This document shows positions 1 to 10,265 of a DNA stretch of 55,413 nucleotides, in pieces. Under the pieces are notes generated by a model. The model ran no database searches, was not told the DNA's origin, and worked only from the letters and a program-made list of their open reading frames with translations. The stretch is from NCBI GenBank assembly GCA_045586685.1, contig JAZNAU010000050.1, positions 1-55,413 of the forward strand. Reading direction: 5' to 3'. Source of the DNA: Clostridia bacterium (GTDB lineage Bacteria > Bacillota > Clostridia > HGM11514). The position numbers and the translations under genes were made by a program. Each line of letters starts with the position of its first letter. The stretch's first letter is position 1.

Positions 1-151
1 AAAGTTATTATTTTTAAGTATATGGAAGGAAAAAGGCAGTTTTATGGACTTAATGTAAATTTTCTGGGAAAGATAAGGAATTTAAGAATTTTCTTTCTTT
101 TGTAATTGTGATATAATGAACCTAAATCAGAGACAAACTGAGGTGAAGGAA

Positions 152-1897
152 ATGAAAATTTTCCGAAAAGCCTGGAGATTTTTCAGACCGTATCGAAAGG
201 TGATTCTGTTTTGTTATGCCCTGTCGGTTGCCATGATTGGGCTTAACATGGTAAATCCTTATTTGACCAAAATATTATTCGACCGTGTCTATGAGCAGGG
301 ACAAGGGGATTTGCTGTTACCCCTTCTTTTGGGCATGATCGGTGTGACGCTGATTCGTCACGGAGTTAATTTTACAAAGAATTATTTGTTGGAAAAAAAT
401 ACAGTGAATGCGGTAGTCCAAATGCGTGCTGAGCTTTTGCAGAAGTTTTTTAAAATGTCTTTTGAAACCTTTAACAAGGCGAAAACGGGTAATTTGCTTA
501 CTGTGTTAACTGCGGATGCAGAACAAATTAAGAATGTTTTTGCATCTACTTTTCCGGCTATCTTTGAGTCTGTTTTTTCTTTTGTGGCGGCAAGTGTTGT
601 TCTCTTTTCTATGAATCCTCTCATGACTTTGGGGGCATATCTTTGCCTTCCTCTGGTTATGTTCGCGACCAGAAGCTATGCAAAAAACATTCATTCCGTT
701 TATGTGGATATTCGGGAGCAGTCTTCCCGTCTTACTACCGTTGCACAGGAAAACCTAAACGGTGTGCGGATTGTCCGTGCATTTGCACGAGAGGAATTTG
801 AAAAAGAAAAATTTGATAAGGAAAATTTGAAATTTACTACTCTTCATTTTGAATTGGTTCGTATTTGGATGAAAAATTACTGGAAGCTTCTTGTTTTAGG
901 AGCCTTTCCTTATATGATTACGCTGCTTCTGGGCGGTATCCTTGCCATTCGGGGAACTATCAGCATGGGTACCTTTGTGGCGTTTTCTTCTTATATGACC
1001 TACTTAACCAATCCCATTAACTTGATTTCCACTTATATTACCACCATACAGAACACTCTCGTTTCGGGGGAGAAAATGTTTAGTTTTCTGGAACGTCAGC
1101 CTGTCATTTCAAATCCGGAACATCCTGTAAAGGTAGATAAAATGAAAGGAGATATTGCCTTTGAGGATGTTTCGTGGGTGTATGACGGGCATAAGATTTT
1201 AGACCATGTTACCTTGAAACTGCCCTTGGGAACCAAACTGGGGATTTTAGGGGTGACCGGAAGCGGAAAAACCTCTTTAGTAAACATGATTCCACGTTTT
1301 TATGATTGCTCCGAAGGACGGGTGACGATAGATGGGATTGATGTTCGTCATTATGATTTGGGACAGCTAAGACAGACAGTATCGTATGTGCAACAGGAAG
1401 TATTTCTTTTTTCCAATACCATAGATTCCAACATCGCCTATCACGACGATACTGTTTCGGAAGAAAGGGTGGTTGGTGCTTCCAAACAGGCAGGCGCTCA
1501 TGAGTTTATTACCCGTATGGAGGATGGGTATGATACAGTGGTAGGAGAAAGGGGAATTGGGCTTTCCGGCGGTCAGAAACAGAGAATTTCCATGGCACGT
1601 TCTTTCGTAAAGGAAGCGCCAATTTTGATTTTAGACGATTCCACTTCTGCGTTGGATAACGAGACAGAACAGTTGATTCTGCAAAACATCCGCAAAATGG
1701 ATTATCCTCATTCCTTGTTGATTGTGGCAAGCCGTGTTTCTTCTGTGCAGGATGCAGACCTGATTATTCTAATGGATCAAGGAAGAATTGCGGAACAGGG
1801 AACTCATAAGGAACTGATGGCACTGGACGGACGGTATGCCCATATTTACCGTGAGCAGTACGGCGACAGTGTGGCAGAAATCTTAGGAGGTGAGTGA
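152..1897 (+). CDS. ABC exporter subunit (TMD+NBD), heterodimer partner with non-canonical catalytic residues
   Basis: N-terminal TM helices; Walker A GVTGSGKTS; signature LSGGQKQR; Walker B ILILDDSTS (D in place of the catalytic E); H-switch replaced (VASRVSS). Start placed at ATG 152 after GAGGTGAAGGA. Confidence 0.9.
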   Translation: MKIFRKAWRFFRPYRKVILFCYALSVAMIGLNMVNPYLTKILFDRVYEQGQGDLLLPLLLGMIGVTLIRHGVNFTKNYLLEKNTVNAVVQMRAELLQKFFKMSFETFNKAKTGNLLTVLTADAEQIKNVFASTFPAIFESVFSFVAASVVLFSMNPLMTLGAYLCLPLVMFATRSYAKNIHSVYVDIREQSSRLTTVAQENLNGVRIVRAFAREEFEKEKFDKENLKFTTLHFELVRIWMKNYWKLLVLGAFPYMITLLLGGILAIRGTISMGTFVAFSSYMTYLTNPINLISTYITTIQNTLVSGEKMFSFLERQPVISNPEHPVKVDKMKGDIAFEDVSWVYDGHKILDHVTLKLPLGTKLGILGVTGSGKTSLVNMIPRFYDCSEGRVTIDGIDVRHYDLGQLRQTVSYVQQEVFLFSNTIDSNIAYHDDTVSEERVVGASKQAGAHEFITRMEDGYDTVVGERGIGLSGGQKQRISMARSFVKEAPILILDDSTSALDNETEQLILQNIRKMDYPHSLLIVASRVSSVQDADLIILMDQGRIAEQGTHKELMALDGRYAHIYREQYGDSVAEILGGE

Positions 1898-1899
1898 GG

Positions 1900-3681
1900 A
1901 TGGCAAGAAATACCTACTTTCAAGATGAAAAGATTGAAAAAAAATGGCAACCTAAGCAAGTGAAAAAAGTGGGCAAATATTTGGGGAAATACAAAAAGGA
2001 ACTGGTTTTTGGGCTGATTTTAATGGGCGTAGCCTCCGTTTGCTCTTTGGGCGGACCTTACATTTCTAAGATTATTATTGATGAGATGATTCCCAATAAA
2101 AATATAATCGGGGTCTTTGTTGTAGTGGGAATTTATCTGTTCCTGATCGGGACTCAGGCAATGTTGACCACTGTCAAGGGCTATTTTATGAACAAAATGG
2201 GATACTGGGTGGTTTATGATTTGCGAAAGGATTTGTTTGCACATATCCAAACCCTTTCTTTTAAGTTTTTCGATGACAGACCTACAGGGAAAATTTTAGT
2301 TCGTATTACCAACTATATCAATGCTCTTGCTAACCTTTTGTCAGACGGCGTTGTCAATCTGATTACAGATTTTGTGGTGTTAATTGCCATTATTATTCTT
2401 ATGCTGACCATTGATATACGGCTGACTTTAATCAGCATTGTTACCTGTATACCCTTGTTTGCGGTAGTGTTTGGTTTTAAAAATGCGATTCATTACTGGC
2501 AGGTACAGACCAATCACAAGACAGCAAATCGCACTGCCTTTGTTCATGAAAATATTATGGGAATCAAGATTATACAAGCCTTTACCCATGAAGAGCAAAA
2601 CGAGAATATTTACAAGGAATTAAATGATGCTTGTTCAAAGACGTGGCTTAAAGCGTATCGGTTGAATCAACTGTTTCTTCCCTGTGTAGATATTGTAGGG
2701 GTTTTGGGAACAACAGCCACTTATTTTGTGGGTTGGTTACTGCTTGGAAAAAATACCATGACTTTGGGTACAATCTTTGCATTTTCAGGCTATATTACAA
2801 GGTTTTGGCAGCCCATTAACAATATGTCTATCATCTACAATCAGATGTTGACAGCAATGGCAAATTTAGAACGGATTTTTGATGTCATGGAAACGGAACC
2901 TGATATTAAAGATGAGGAAAATGCGGAACATTTACCTTCCATAAAAGGAAATGTGACCTTTGACCATGTGACCTTCGGTTACGAGGAAGGGCAGACTGTT
3001 TTAAAGAATGTTTCGTTTCAAGTCAATAGCGGGGAAACCGTTGCTCTCGTAGGCCCTACGGGGGCGGGGAAAACCACGGTTGTAAACCTCATTAGCCGAT
3101 TTTATGATGTCAAAGGAGGTCATGTGCTGATTGACGGGCACGATGTGAGCAAAGTCACGCTATATTCTCTCCGTTCCCAGATGGGAATTATGATGCAGGA
3201 TAGCTTTATTTTTGAAGGAAGTATTATTGAAAATATCCGTTACGGTCGATTGGATGCAACGGATGAAGAATGTATGGCGGCGGCAAAAGCCATTTATGCA
3301 GATGAATTTATCAGAAAAATGCCTCAGGGATACTATACCCGTATTTCGGAACGGGGGAGCGAATTATCTGCAGGGGAACGGCAGTTGTTATCCTTTGCTC
3401 GTGTGGTGCTGTCGGATCCTAAAATTTTAATTTTGGATGAAGCAACCTCCAGTATTGATACCGAAACGGAACGAACGGTTCAAAGGGCACTAAATGAGCT
3501 GTTAAAGGGGAGAACCTCCTTCGTCATTGCCCACCGTCTTTCTACAATTAAACAAGCAGATTGCATTATGTGTATTGCAGACAAAGGTGTGAAAGAGGCA
3601 GGAACTCATGAGGAATTACTGAAGAAAAAAGGAATGTATTATCAGTTGCTTCGGGCTCAGTATGAGGCGTTGGAACAGTAA
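1900..3681 (+). CDS. ABC exporter subunit (TMD+NBD), second half of the heterodimer
   Basis: Walker A GPTGAGKTT; Walker B ILILDEATS; IAHRLST; degenerate signature LSAGERQ; starts immediately after the upstream stop. Confidence 0.9.
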   Translation: MARNTYFQDEKIEKKWQPKQVKKVGKYLGKYKKELVFGLILMGVASVCSLGGPYISKIIIDEMIPNKNIIGVFVVVGIYLFLIGTQAMLTTVKGYFMNKMGYWVVYDLRKDLFAHIQTLSFKFFDDRPTGKILVRITNYINALANLLSDGVVNLITDFVVLIAIIILMLTIDIRLTLISIVTCIPLFAVVFGFKNAIHYWQVQTNHKTANRTAFVHENIMGIKIIQAFTHEEQNENIYKELNDACSKTWLKAYRLNQLFLPCVDIVGVLGTTATYFVGWLLLGKNTMTLGTIFAFSGYITRFWQPINNMSIIYNQMLTAMANLERIFDVMETEPDIKDEENAEHLPSIKGNVTFDHVTFGYEEGQTVLKNVSFQVNSGETVALVGPTGAGKTTVVNLISRFYDVKGGHVLIDGHDVSKVTLYSLRSQMGIMMQDSFIFEGSIIENIRYGRLDATDEECMAAAKAIYADEFIRKMPQGYYTRISERGSELSAGERQLLSFARVVLSDPKILILDEATSSIDTETERTVQRALNELLKGRTSFVIAHRLSTIKQADCIMCIADKGVKEAGTHEELLKKKGMYYQLLRAQYEALEQ

Positions 3682-3690
3682 GGAGGGTTT

Positions 3691-4671
3691 ATGGCAAAAG
3701 GTGCACATCAGAAATTAAAATTATTATATCTTGTAAAAATTTTATGGGAGCAAACGGACGAGGAGCATCCCATGACCATTGTTTCTATTATTGAGGCCTT
3801 GGAACGACAGGGGATTTCGGCAGAACGGAAAAGCCTATATGATGATTTTGAAGCCCTGCGGCATTTTGGCTTGGATATTGTAGGAAGAAAAGATAAAACC
3901 TTTGGATACTATCTGGCAAGCCGTGAATTTGAGCTTGCCGAGCTGAAATTACTGGTGGATGCGGTGCAATCATCACGGTTTATTACACGGAAAAAGAGCA
4001 ACGAGCTAATTCGAAAGTTGGAAAACATGGCCAGTTCCTTTGAGGGTAGAAGTTTACAACGGCAGGTCTATGTTGCCAATCGTGTTAAAACCATGAACGA
4101 AAGTATTTATTATAATGTGGACAGAATTCACAGTGCCATTGGCGAAAATACTCAGATTGGGTTTTATTACTTTGATTTAACCCCAAAAAAAGAAAAGGAG
4201 TACCGCCACCAGGGAGAAGAATATCAAATCAGCCCTTGGGCACTTGCTTGGCAGGACGAGCATTATTATCTGATTGGGTATGACCCCAAGGCGGAAAAAA
4301 TTAAGCATTACCGCGTGGACAAAATGGAACGGCTTCGCCAGCTTCAGGAAAAACGGGAGGGACAAAAGTTGTTTGAAGCCTTTGATTTGGGAGAATATTC
4401 TTCCAAAATGTTTGGAATGTTTGGAGGAGAGGATGTCATGGTTCGATTGCGGTGCAGAAATGATTTGGCCGGGGCGGTGATGGACAGGTTTGGAAAAGAC
4501 ATTACCCTGTTTCCTTATAAAGATTATTTTGATGTAACGGTGAAAGCGGCGGTAAGCCCCTGGTTTTTATCATGGGTGTTTGGTTTTGGCGGCGGAATTG
4601 AAATTATATCCCCCCAACAAGTGCGGGACAATTACAGAAGGGAACTGGAAAAAGCATTACAACTCCTTTAA
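3691..4671 (+). CDS. WYL-domain transcriptional regulator (N-terminal wHTH)
   Basis: TDEEHP...ERKSLYDD HTH region; SPWAL..YYLIG..HYRVDKM WYL core; WVFGFG C-terminal motif; RBS AGGAGG. Confidence 0.85.
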   Translation: MAKGAHQKLKLLYLVKILWEQTDEEHPMTIVSIIEALERQGISAERKSLYDDFEALRHFGLDIVGRKDKTFGYYLASREFELAELKLLVDAVQSSRFITRKKSNELIRKLENMASSFEGRSLQRQVYVANRVKTMNESIYYNVDRIHSAIGENTQIGFYYFDLTPKKEKEYRHQGEEYQISPWALAWQDEHYYLIGYDPKAEKIKHYRVDKMERLRQLQEKREGQKLFEAFDLGEYSSKMFGMFGGEDVMVRLRCRNDLAGAVMDRFGKDITLFPYKDYFDVTVKAAVSPWFLSWVFGFGGGIEIISPQQVRDNYRRELEKALQLL

Positions 4672-4687
4672 ATTTAAAGTATAAGGT

Positions 4688-4716
4688 TTGCAATCCTATT
4701 ATATTTGTGTTATAAT
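4688..4716 (+). promoter_or_regulatory. sigma-A promoter for galE
   Basis: TTGCAA-17 nt-TATAAT with extended TG. Confidence 0.65.
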
Positions 4717-4751
4717 GTAACTATCAAAACAAAATGGAAAGGATGATCAGC

Positions 4752-5756
4752 ATGAATATTTTAGTAACGGGCGGAGCCGGGTATATCGGCAGTCATACTT
4801 GCGTGGAATTGTTAGAGGCCGGCTATGATATTATAGTAGTGGATAATTTTGTAAATTCTAAACCTCAGGCGATTGAGGACATCAAAACCATTACCGGCAA
4901 GGAGTTTCCTTTTTATGAAGCGGATTTGGTAAATCGTGAAGCGGTGGAGAAAATTTTTCGTGAGAATCAGATAGATGTTGTGATTCATTTTGCAGGTCTA
5001 AAGGCAGTAGGGGAATCGGTTAGTCAGCCTATTCGTTATTATGAAAACAATATTGGCAGTACCTTGACCCTTTGTCAGGTCATGAGGGAATACGGTGTAA
5101 AAAAAATAGTGTTCAGTTCCTCTGCAACGGTGTACGGCGACCCTGCATCTGTGCCCATTCGGGAAGATTTTCCCTTGCATACTACCAACCCTTATGGCAG
5201 TACGAAATTGATGATTGAACAGATTTTGCAGGATGTCTTTGTATCCGATCCGGAATGGGGCATTGTGTTACTTCGTTATTTTAATCCCATCGGTGCTCAC
5301 AAAAGCGGTCTGATTGGGGAAGACCCTAATGGAATTCCCAATAATCTTCTTCCCTATATTGCCAAGGTTGCAACGGGTGATCTTGAATGTTTAAGTGTGT
5401 TTGGGGATGATTATGATACGCCCGACGGTACAGGCGTTCGTGATTATATCCATGTTGTGGACTTGTCTTTGGGTCATGTAAAGGCGGTAGAACGGATTGC
5501 GGACAGAACGGGTGTGGATATTTATAACTTGGGAACCGGAAACGGTTATTCTGTTTTAGAAACGGTAAAAGCCTTTGAAAAAGCAAGTGGAAGAACCATA
5601 AAATATAAAATTGCGGACCGCCGTCCCGGTGATATTGCCCAGTGCTATGCAGATCCCGCTAAGGCGAAAGAAGAGCTTGGTTGGTCGGCAAAATACGGCA
5701 TTGAGGAAATGTGTGCCGATACATGGAATTTTGCAAAGAACCGTTTTCAAAAATAA
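4752..5756 (+). CDS. galE: UDP-glucose 4-epimerase
   Basis: ILVTGGAGYIGSHT; FSSSATVYG; YGSTK; LRYFNPIGAH; RDYIHVVDL. Confidence 0.97.
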   Translation: MNILVTGGAGYIGSHTCVELLEAGYDIIVVDNFVNSKPQAIEDIKTITGKEFPFYEADLVNREAVEKIFRENQIDVVIHFAGLKAVGESVSQPIRYYENNIGSTLTLCQVMREYGVKKIVFSSSATVYGDPASVPIREDFPLHTTNPYGSTKLMIEQILQDVFVSDPEWGIVLLRYFNPIGAHKSGLIGEDPNGIPNNLLPYIAKVATGDLECLSVFGDDYDTPDGTGVRDYIHVVDLSLGHVKAVERIADRTGVDIYNLGTGNGYSVLETVKAFEKASGRTIKYKIADRRPGDIAQCYADPAKAKEELGWSAKYGIEEMCADTWNFAKNRFQK

Positions 5757-5768
5757 ATGGAAAAAGAC

Positions 5769-5798
5769 TTGACAAAGAGAAGGATTTGTTGGTATAAT
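5769..5798 (+). promoter_or_regulatory. sigma-A promoter for tRNA-Thr
   Basis: TTGACA-18 nt-TATAAT. Confidence 0.75.
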
Positions 5799-5839
5799 AA
5801 ATATGTTGTAAAAAGGGGGCGATTAGCCCCCTGTTATAT

Positions 5840-5914
5840 GCTGGTATAGCTCAGGGGTAGAGCACTTCACTCGTAATGAAGGGGTCGCGGGTTCAAATCC
5901 CATTACCAGCTCCA
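5840..5914 (+). tRNA. tRNA-Thr(CGT)
   Basis: Acceptor GCTGGTA/TACCAGC; anticodon arm CTTCA-CTCGTAA-TGAAG; TTCAAAT T-loop; encoded CCA. Confidence 0.95.
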
Positions 5915-5949
5915 AAATTGACAAGGTTCATTGGAATCTTGTCAATTTT
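5915..5949 (+). terminator. Terminator hairpin after tRNA-Thr (repeat family B)
   Basis: AAATTGACAAGGTTC-attg-GAATCTTGTCAATTTT. Confidence 0.7.
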
Positions 5950-6042
5950 ACTTATTACCAACGGAATTTTCCCTAAAAGCTCTTTAACGCAAAACGGTAA
6001 GAATGAAGAAACAAAATTTTACTTTGATTTTATAGAAAACCC

Positions 6043-6071
6043 TTGACAAATTCCTTGGAATTTTATATGAT
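6043..6071 (+). promoter_or_regulatory. sigma-A promoter for glyQS
   Basis: TTGACA-17 nt-TATGAT. Confidence 0.7.
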
Positions 6072-6119
6072 ATATTATATATATGAAAAAAGCCGAATGG
6101 CAGAAGTGGAGTAAGAAGA

Positions 6120-7496
6120 ATGCAAAATACCGAAAAGACAATGGATAAAATTGTAGCTCTTTGTAAAGGCAGAGGATTTGTGTATCCGGGTAGTGAAATC
6201 TATGGCGGATTGGCAAACTCCTGGGATTACGGTCCCCTTGGCGTAGAGTTGAAAAATAATGTAAAACGGGCATGGTGGAAAAAGTTTGTGCAGGAGTCTC
6301 CTTATAATGTTGGATTAGACGCTGCAATTCTCATGAACCCGCAAACCTGGGTGGCTTCCGGTCATCTTTCTTCCTTTAACGATCCGCTGATGGATTGTAA
6401 GTCCTGTAAGGCTCGTTATCGTGCCGACCAGTTGATTGAAGAGGTGGATGGTGTAGGAACAGAAGGCTGGACCAATGAACAGCTTACTGCTTACATTCAG
6501 GAAAAGGAATTGAAATGCCCCAAGTGCGGAAAACATGATTTTACCGATATTCGTAAATTTAACATGATGTTTAAAACCTTTCAGGGGGTAACGGAGGATT
6601 CTAAGTCTGAAATTTATATGCGTCCTGAAACGGCACAGGGGATTTTTGTTAACTTTAAAAATGTGCAGAGAACCTCAAGAAAGAAGGTTCCCTTCGGAAT
6701 TGCTCAGATTGGTAAATCCTTCCGTAACGAAATTACTCCCGGAAACTTTACCTTCCGTACCCGTGAATTTGAACAGATGGAATTGGAATTTTTCTGTGCA
6801 CCCGGTGAAGATTTAAAATGGTTTGCTTACTGGAAAGAATTCTGTAAAAACTGGCTGTTGTCTTTAGGAATCAGAGAAGAAAATCTGAAGCTTCGTGACC
6901 ATGCTCCTGAAGAATTGTCTCACTATTCCAATGCTACTACGGATTTTGAATTTTTATTTCCCTTCGGTTGGGGTGAGCTGTGGGGCATTGCAGACAGAAC
7001 TGATTTTGACTTAAAACAGCATACCGAACACTCAGGAGAATCCTTAGATTATATTGACCCTGTAACCAATGAACGGTATATTCCTTATTGTGTGGAACCC
7101 TCTCTTGGAGCTGACCGTGTGACACTGGCATTTTTGATTGATGCTTATGACGAAGAACAACTGGATGAAAAGGACACTCGCGTGGTGCTGCATCTGCATC
7201 CTGCTTTAGCACCCATTAAAGCGGCAGTGTTACCTTTGTCCAAGAAACTGTCTGAGCAGGCAACGGAAGTATATCAAAAGCTTGCAAGTAATTTTATGTG
7301 CGAATTTGACGATGCTGGCAGTATCGGAAAACGGTATCGCAGACAGGACGAAATCGGAACTCCTTTCTGTATTACTTATGACTTTGATTCTGTAGAAGAT
7401 GGTTGCGTTACCATTCGCGAACGTGATACCATGGAACAGCATAGAATCAAAATTGATGAAGTAGAAAGCTATATTGCTGAAAAAATTAAATTTTAA
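6120..7496 (+). CDS. glyQS: Glycine--tRNA ligase (alpha2 type)
   Basis: [13 protein letters not shown]; [10 protein letters not shown]; [10 protein letters not shown]; EPSLGADR; [16 protein letters not shown]. Confidence 0.97.
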   Translation: MQNTEKTMDKIVALCKGRGFVYPGSEIYGGLANSWDYGPLGVELKNNVKRAWWKKFVQESPYNVGLDAAILMNPQTWVASGHLSSFNDPLMDCKSCKARYRADQLIEEVDGVGTEGWTNEQLTAYIQEKELKCPKCGKHDFTDIRKFNMMFKTFQGVTEDSKSEIYMRPETAQGIFVNFKNVQRTSRKKVPFGIAQIGKSFRNEITPGNFTFRTREFEQMELEFFCAPGEDLKWFAYWKEFCKNWLLSLGIREENLKLRDHAPEELSHYSNATTDFEFLFPFGWGELWGIADRTDFDLKQHTEHSGESLDYIDPVTNERYIPYCVEPSLGADRVTLAFLIDAYDEEQLDEKDTRVVLHLHPALAPIKAAVLPLSKKLSEQATEVYQKLASNFMCEFDDAGSIGKRYRRQDEIGTPFCITYDFDSVEDGCVTIRERDTMEQHRIKIDEVESYIAEKIKF

Positions 7497-7509
7497 ATGG
7501 TATTCGAAG

Positions 7510-7547
7510 GGGGCTGTAGCAAAATGATTTTATTTTGCTACAGCCCC
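7510..7547. repeat. Palindromic repeat family A copy 1, also the glyQS terminator
   Basis: GGGGCTGTAGCAAAAT-gatttt-ATTTTGCTACAGCCCC, a perfect 16-bp stem. Confidence 0.75.
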
Positions 7548-7743
7548 TTTAGGCTTAAGTTAAACTTTTTGTTGTGGACTGCCTCTGCCATCTGTAATGT
7601 TATGGGTGCTCTTTATAGGAAAAAGTGATTGTATTTTTAGAGGTTTTGTGGTATAATGAGTTTGAAAGCAAACTCAATGAATTACCTTTGGAGTGAAGTA
7701 AAAGTAAAGTTAAAATAAATGAAGTGGACAGGAGGATTCAATT

Positions 7744-8307
7744 ATGTCAAAAAGATTTTATGCATGTGTGTATGGGGGTGCAAATGACAGAATTGCCGAT
7801 TCAATAAAAAAACAAATTGAAGAACTGGGAAGAATTGTAGTGGAGAATGGATTTTCTCTCGTTTATGGAGCAGGAGCAACAGGGTGCATGGGTGCAATCG
7901 CAAGAGGTGTGCAGGAAAATGGCGGATATGTGATGGGTATTTCACCAAACTTTATGAGTGAGTTTGAGGAAATCTTTCCTTGCGACAACACGGTAATGGT
8001 TGATACTATGAGTGAAAGAAAAACATTGATGGAAAAGCATGCGGATCTTTTCTTGATTGCACCGGGCGGAATTGGGACTATGGATGAATTCTTTCAGGTA
8101 TTAACTCTGAAATATCTGAAACAACTAAGAGCACCGATTGTTGTGCTGAATTTGAACGGATTTTATGACAGCTTGCTTGTACTGATTGAAGATTTGGTAA
8201 AGCAAGGAGCATTGGCTCAGGAGATCTATCAATTATTTGATGTTGTTACAAAAGTTGATGATGAGAAAATGCTGTCGCTTTTACAACAGGAAATAAAAAA
8301 GAATTGA
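7744..8307 (+). CDS. LOG family (TIGR00730) nucleotide phosphoribohydrolase
   Basis: LVYGAG..GCMG; MSERK; PGGIGTMDEF; NLNGFYD. Confidence 0.88.
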   Translation: MSKRFYACVYGGANDRIADSIKKQIEELGRIVVENGFSLVYGAGATGCMGAIARGVQENGGYVMGISPNFMSEFEEIFPCDNTVMVDTMSERKTLMEKHADLFLIAPGGIGTMDEFFQVLTLKYLKQLRAPIVVLNLNGFYDSLLVLIEDLVKQGALAQEIYQLFDVVTKVDDEKMLSLLQQEIKKN

Positions 8308-8316
8308 GGGTAAACA

Positions 8317-8877
8317 ATGGCAAATATATGGGGACATTTTTCCACCATTACCCGTCATCGGCACAAAGTGATTGCCCACTGTGCAAAGGCGGGAATTTTG
8401 TGGCAGGGATTAAGGCACGATTTATCGAAATATACCTTTTCGGAATTTTTCTCGGGAGCAAAACATTATTCTGACGGGGGAAGAAGTCCGAACGAACGGG
8501 AACGAGAGCTGTTGGGATATTCCAACGCATGGCTTCACCACAAGGGACGAAACAAGCATCATTTTGAATATTGGACAGACTACGACCCTGTGGAAAGGAA
8601 GATATGTCCCGTGAAAATGCCTATGAACTATGTGGCAGAAATGTTTTGCGACAGAGTGGCGGCAAGTAAGATTTATCAAAAGGATAATTACAATTCCCGT
8701 CATCCCTTAGAATATTTTGAAAAGGGAAAGAATCACAGATTTATTCATCCCGAAACCTCCGAGCTGTTGGAAAGCTGGCTTACTATGCTGGCAGAGGAGG
8801 GGGAAAAGGTTACTTTTCGGCATATCAGACAGCGATTAAAAAATGAAAAAGAAAGAATCAATAAAAAAGGAAGATAA
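8317..8877 (+). CDS. DUF5662-family HD-like protein
   Basis: HDLSKY; AWLHHKGRNKHHFEYW; EMFCDRVAASK. Confidence 0.75.
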   Translation: MANIWGHFSTITRHRHKVIAHCAKAGILWQGLRHDLSKYTFSEFFSGAKHYSDGGRSPNERERELLGYSNAWLHHKGRNKHHFEYWTDYDPVERKICPVKMPMNYVAEMFCDRVAASKIYQKDNYNSRHPLEYFEKGKNHRFIHPETSELLESWLTMLAEEGEKVTFRHIRQRLKNEKERINKKGR

Positions 8878-8879
8878 AA

Positions 8880-9698
8880 ATGAGCGGGATTTTATATTTA
8901 TGTGGAACACCGATTGGAAATTTGTCTGATTTTTCGCCTCGTGGTGTGGAAATATTGCAAAGTGTAGATTTTATTGCGGCAGAGGATACCCGTCATAGCT
9001 TGAAATTATTACAGTATTTTGGGATTTCTAAACCTATGGTCAGTTATTTTGAGCATAACAAAAGAGAACGGGGTGAGCAGATTATTAAAAGATTGCTTTT
9101 AGGAGAATCTGCGGCCTTAATTACCGATGCGGGAATGCCTGCCATTTCCGACCCCGGTGAGGATTTGGTTTTCCTTTGTCACCAAAACGGAATTGAAGTA
9201 TCTCCTGTTCCGGGGCCATGTGCGGCAATTTCTGCCTTGGCGGCAAGCGGGCTTCCTACGGGGCGTTTTTGCTTTGAAGGATTTTTGACTGTAAACAAAA
9301 AAGGCAGACGGGAGCATCTGCAAGGATTAGCAAGAGAAACAAGAACCATGATTTTTTATGAAGCACCTCATAAATTGTGTGCTACCCTTTCGGACATGCT
9401 GGAGATTCTGGGGGACAGACGAATTGCACTGGCTCGGGAAATGACCAAAATGCACGAGGAAATTGTGCTGACAACCTTGAAGGAAGCGGAAGAGAAATAT
9501 CAGGAAATACCGCCAAAAGGAGAATTTGTGCTAATTTTAGAAGGGTGCGGAGAAGTGGAGGAATCTTTTGACACCACACCTCGGGAACGGCTGGAGGAAT
9601 TGATGGCTTCGGGTATTTCCAAAAAAGATGCGATCCGTCAGGTGGCTGAAGAGCGAAAGCTTCCCAAGAGACAGGTATATGCACTGACAATAGAATAA
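8880..9698 (+). CDS. rsmI: 16S rRNA C1402 2'-O-methyltransferase
   Basis: TPIGNL; AAEDTR; DAGMPAISDPG; FEGFL; YEAPH; RE.TK.HEE. Confidence 0.95.
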   Translation: MSGILYLCGTPIGNLSDFSPRGVEILQSVDFIAAEDTRHSLKLLQYFGISKPMVSYFEHNKRERGEQIIKRLLLGESAALITDAGMPAISDPGEDLVFLCHQNGIEVSPVPGPCAAISALAASGLPTGRFCFEGFLTVNKKGRREHLQGLARETRTMIFYEAPHKLCATLSDMLEILGDRRIALAREMTKMHEEIVLTTLKEAEEKYQEIPPKGEFVLILEGCGEVEESFDTTPRERLEELMASGISKKDAIRQVAEERKLPKRQVYALTIE

Positions 9699-9760
9699 AT
9701 ATCCAATTACATAGCAGGGAGATTTTATTGATAGGAATTGTAATTTTGCAATTCCTTTTT

Positions 9761-9789
9761 TCATATTCTCTTTTCTTTCTGAATACAAT
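9761..9789 (+). promoter_or_regulatory. sigma-E-like sporulation promoter
   Basis: TCATATT-14 nt-AATACAAT upstream of the cwlJ-like gene; B. subtilis cwlJ is sigE-dependent. Confidence 0.6.
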
Positions 9790-9811
9790 GAAAGCGGAAG
9801 GAGGGGACAAA

Positions 9812-10246
9812 ATGGCATTATCCGATATTGATATTTTAGCAAGAATTATCTTATGTGAAGCAGGAGGCGAGGGCGATAACGGCATGAAGGCGGTGGCGTG
9901 TGTGGTCATGAACCGTGTCAACGTAAGCTACGGTGAGTATGGCCCCTTGCATACCATTCGTGAAGTGGTATATCAACCGGGGCAGTTTGATTGCGTAAGA
10001 GAAAGTATCAGAGGAGTTTATAATCCCCAAAATATTTACAATATGCGACCTGACCAGCTTCACTATGATATTGCTAATTGGGCAATAGCAGGGAACAGGC
10101 TGAGCAATCTTGGGATTGCGTTATGGTATTTTAATCCATTTCAGCCTACTTGCCGAAATTTTTTCCCTTCTCAGGTAGGACAGTTTGTGATTCGTGTGGG
10201 AGAACATTGTTTTTATAATCCCACCGATGCTTATGCCGATACATAA
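9812..10246 (+). CDS. cwlJ: Spore cortex-lytic cell wall hydrolase, CwlJ-like (Hydrolase_2)
   Basis: LARIILCEAGGEG; VVMNR; QPGQF; ALWYFNP; HCFYNPT; no signal peptide or PG-binding domain; RBS AGGAGGGG. Confidence 0.72.
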   Translation: MALSDIDILARIILCEAGGEGDNGMKAVACVVMNRVNVSYGEYGPLHTIREVVYQPGQFDCVRESIRGVYNPQNIYNMRPDQLHYDIANWAIAGNRLSNLGIALWYFNPFQPTCRNFFPSQVGQFVIRVGEHCFYNPTDAYADT

Positions 10247-10265
10247 TATGAAAGGAGTTTGAAAA

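Noticed and set aside
5950-6119. T-box riboswitch upstream of glyQS
   Set aside because: The promoter is only about 50 nt from the start codon and there is no T-box consensus or leader terminator.
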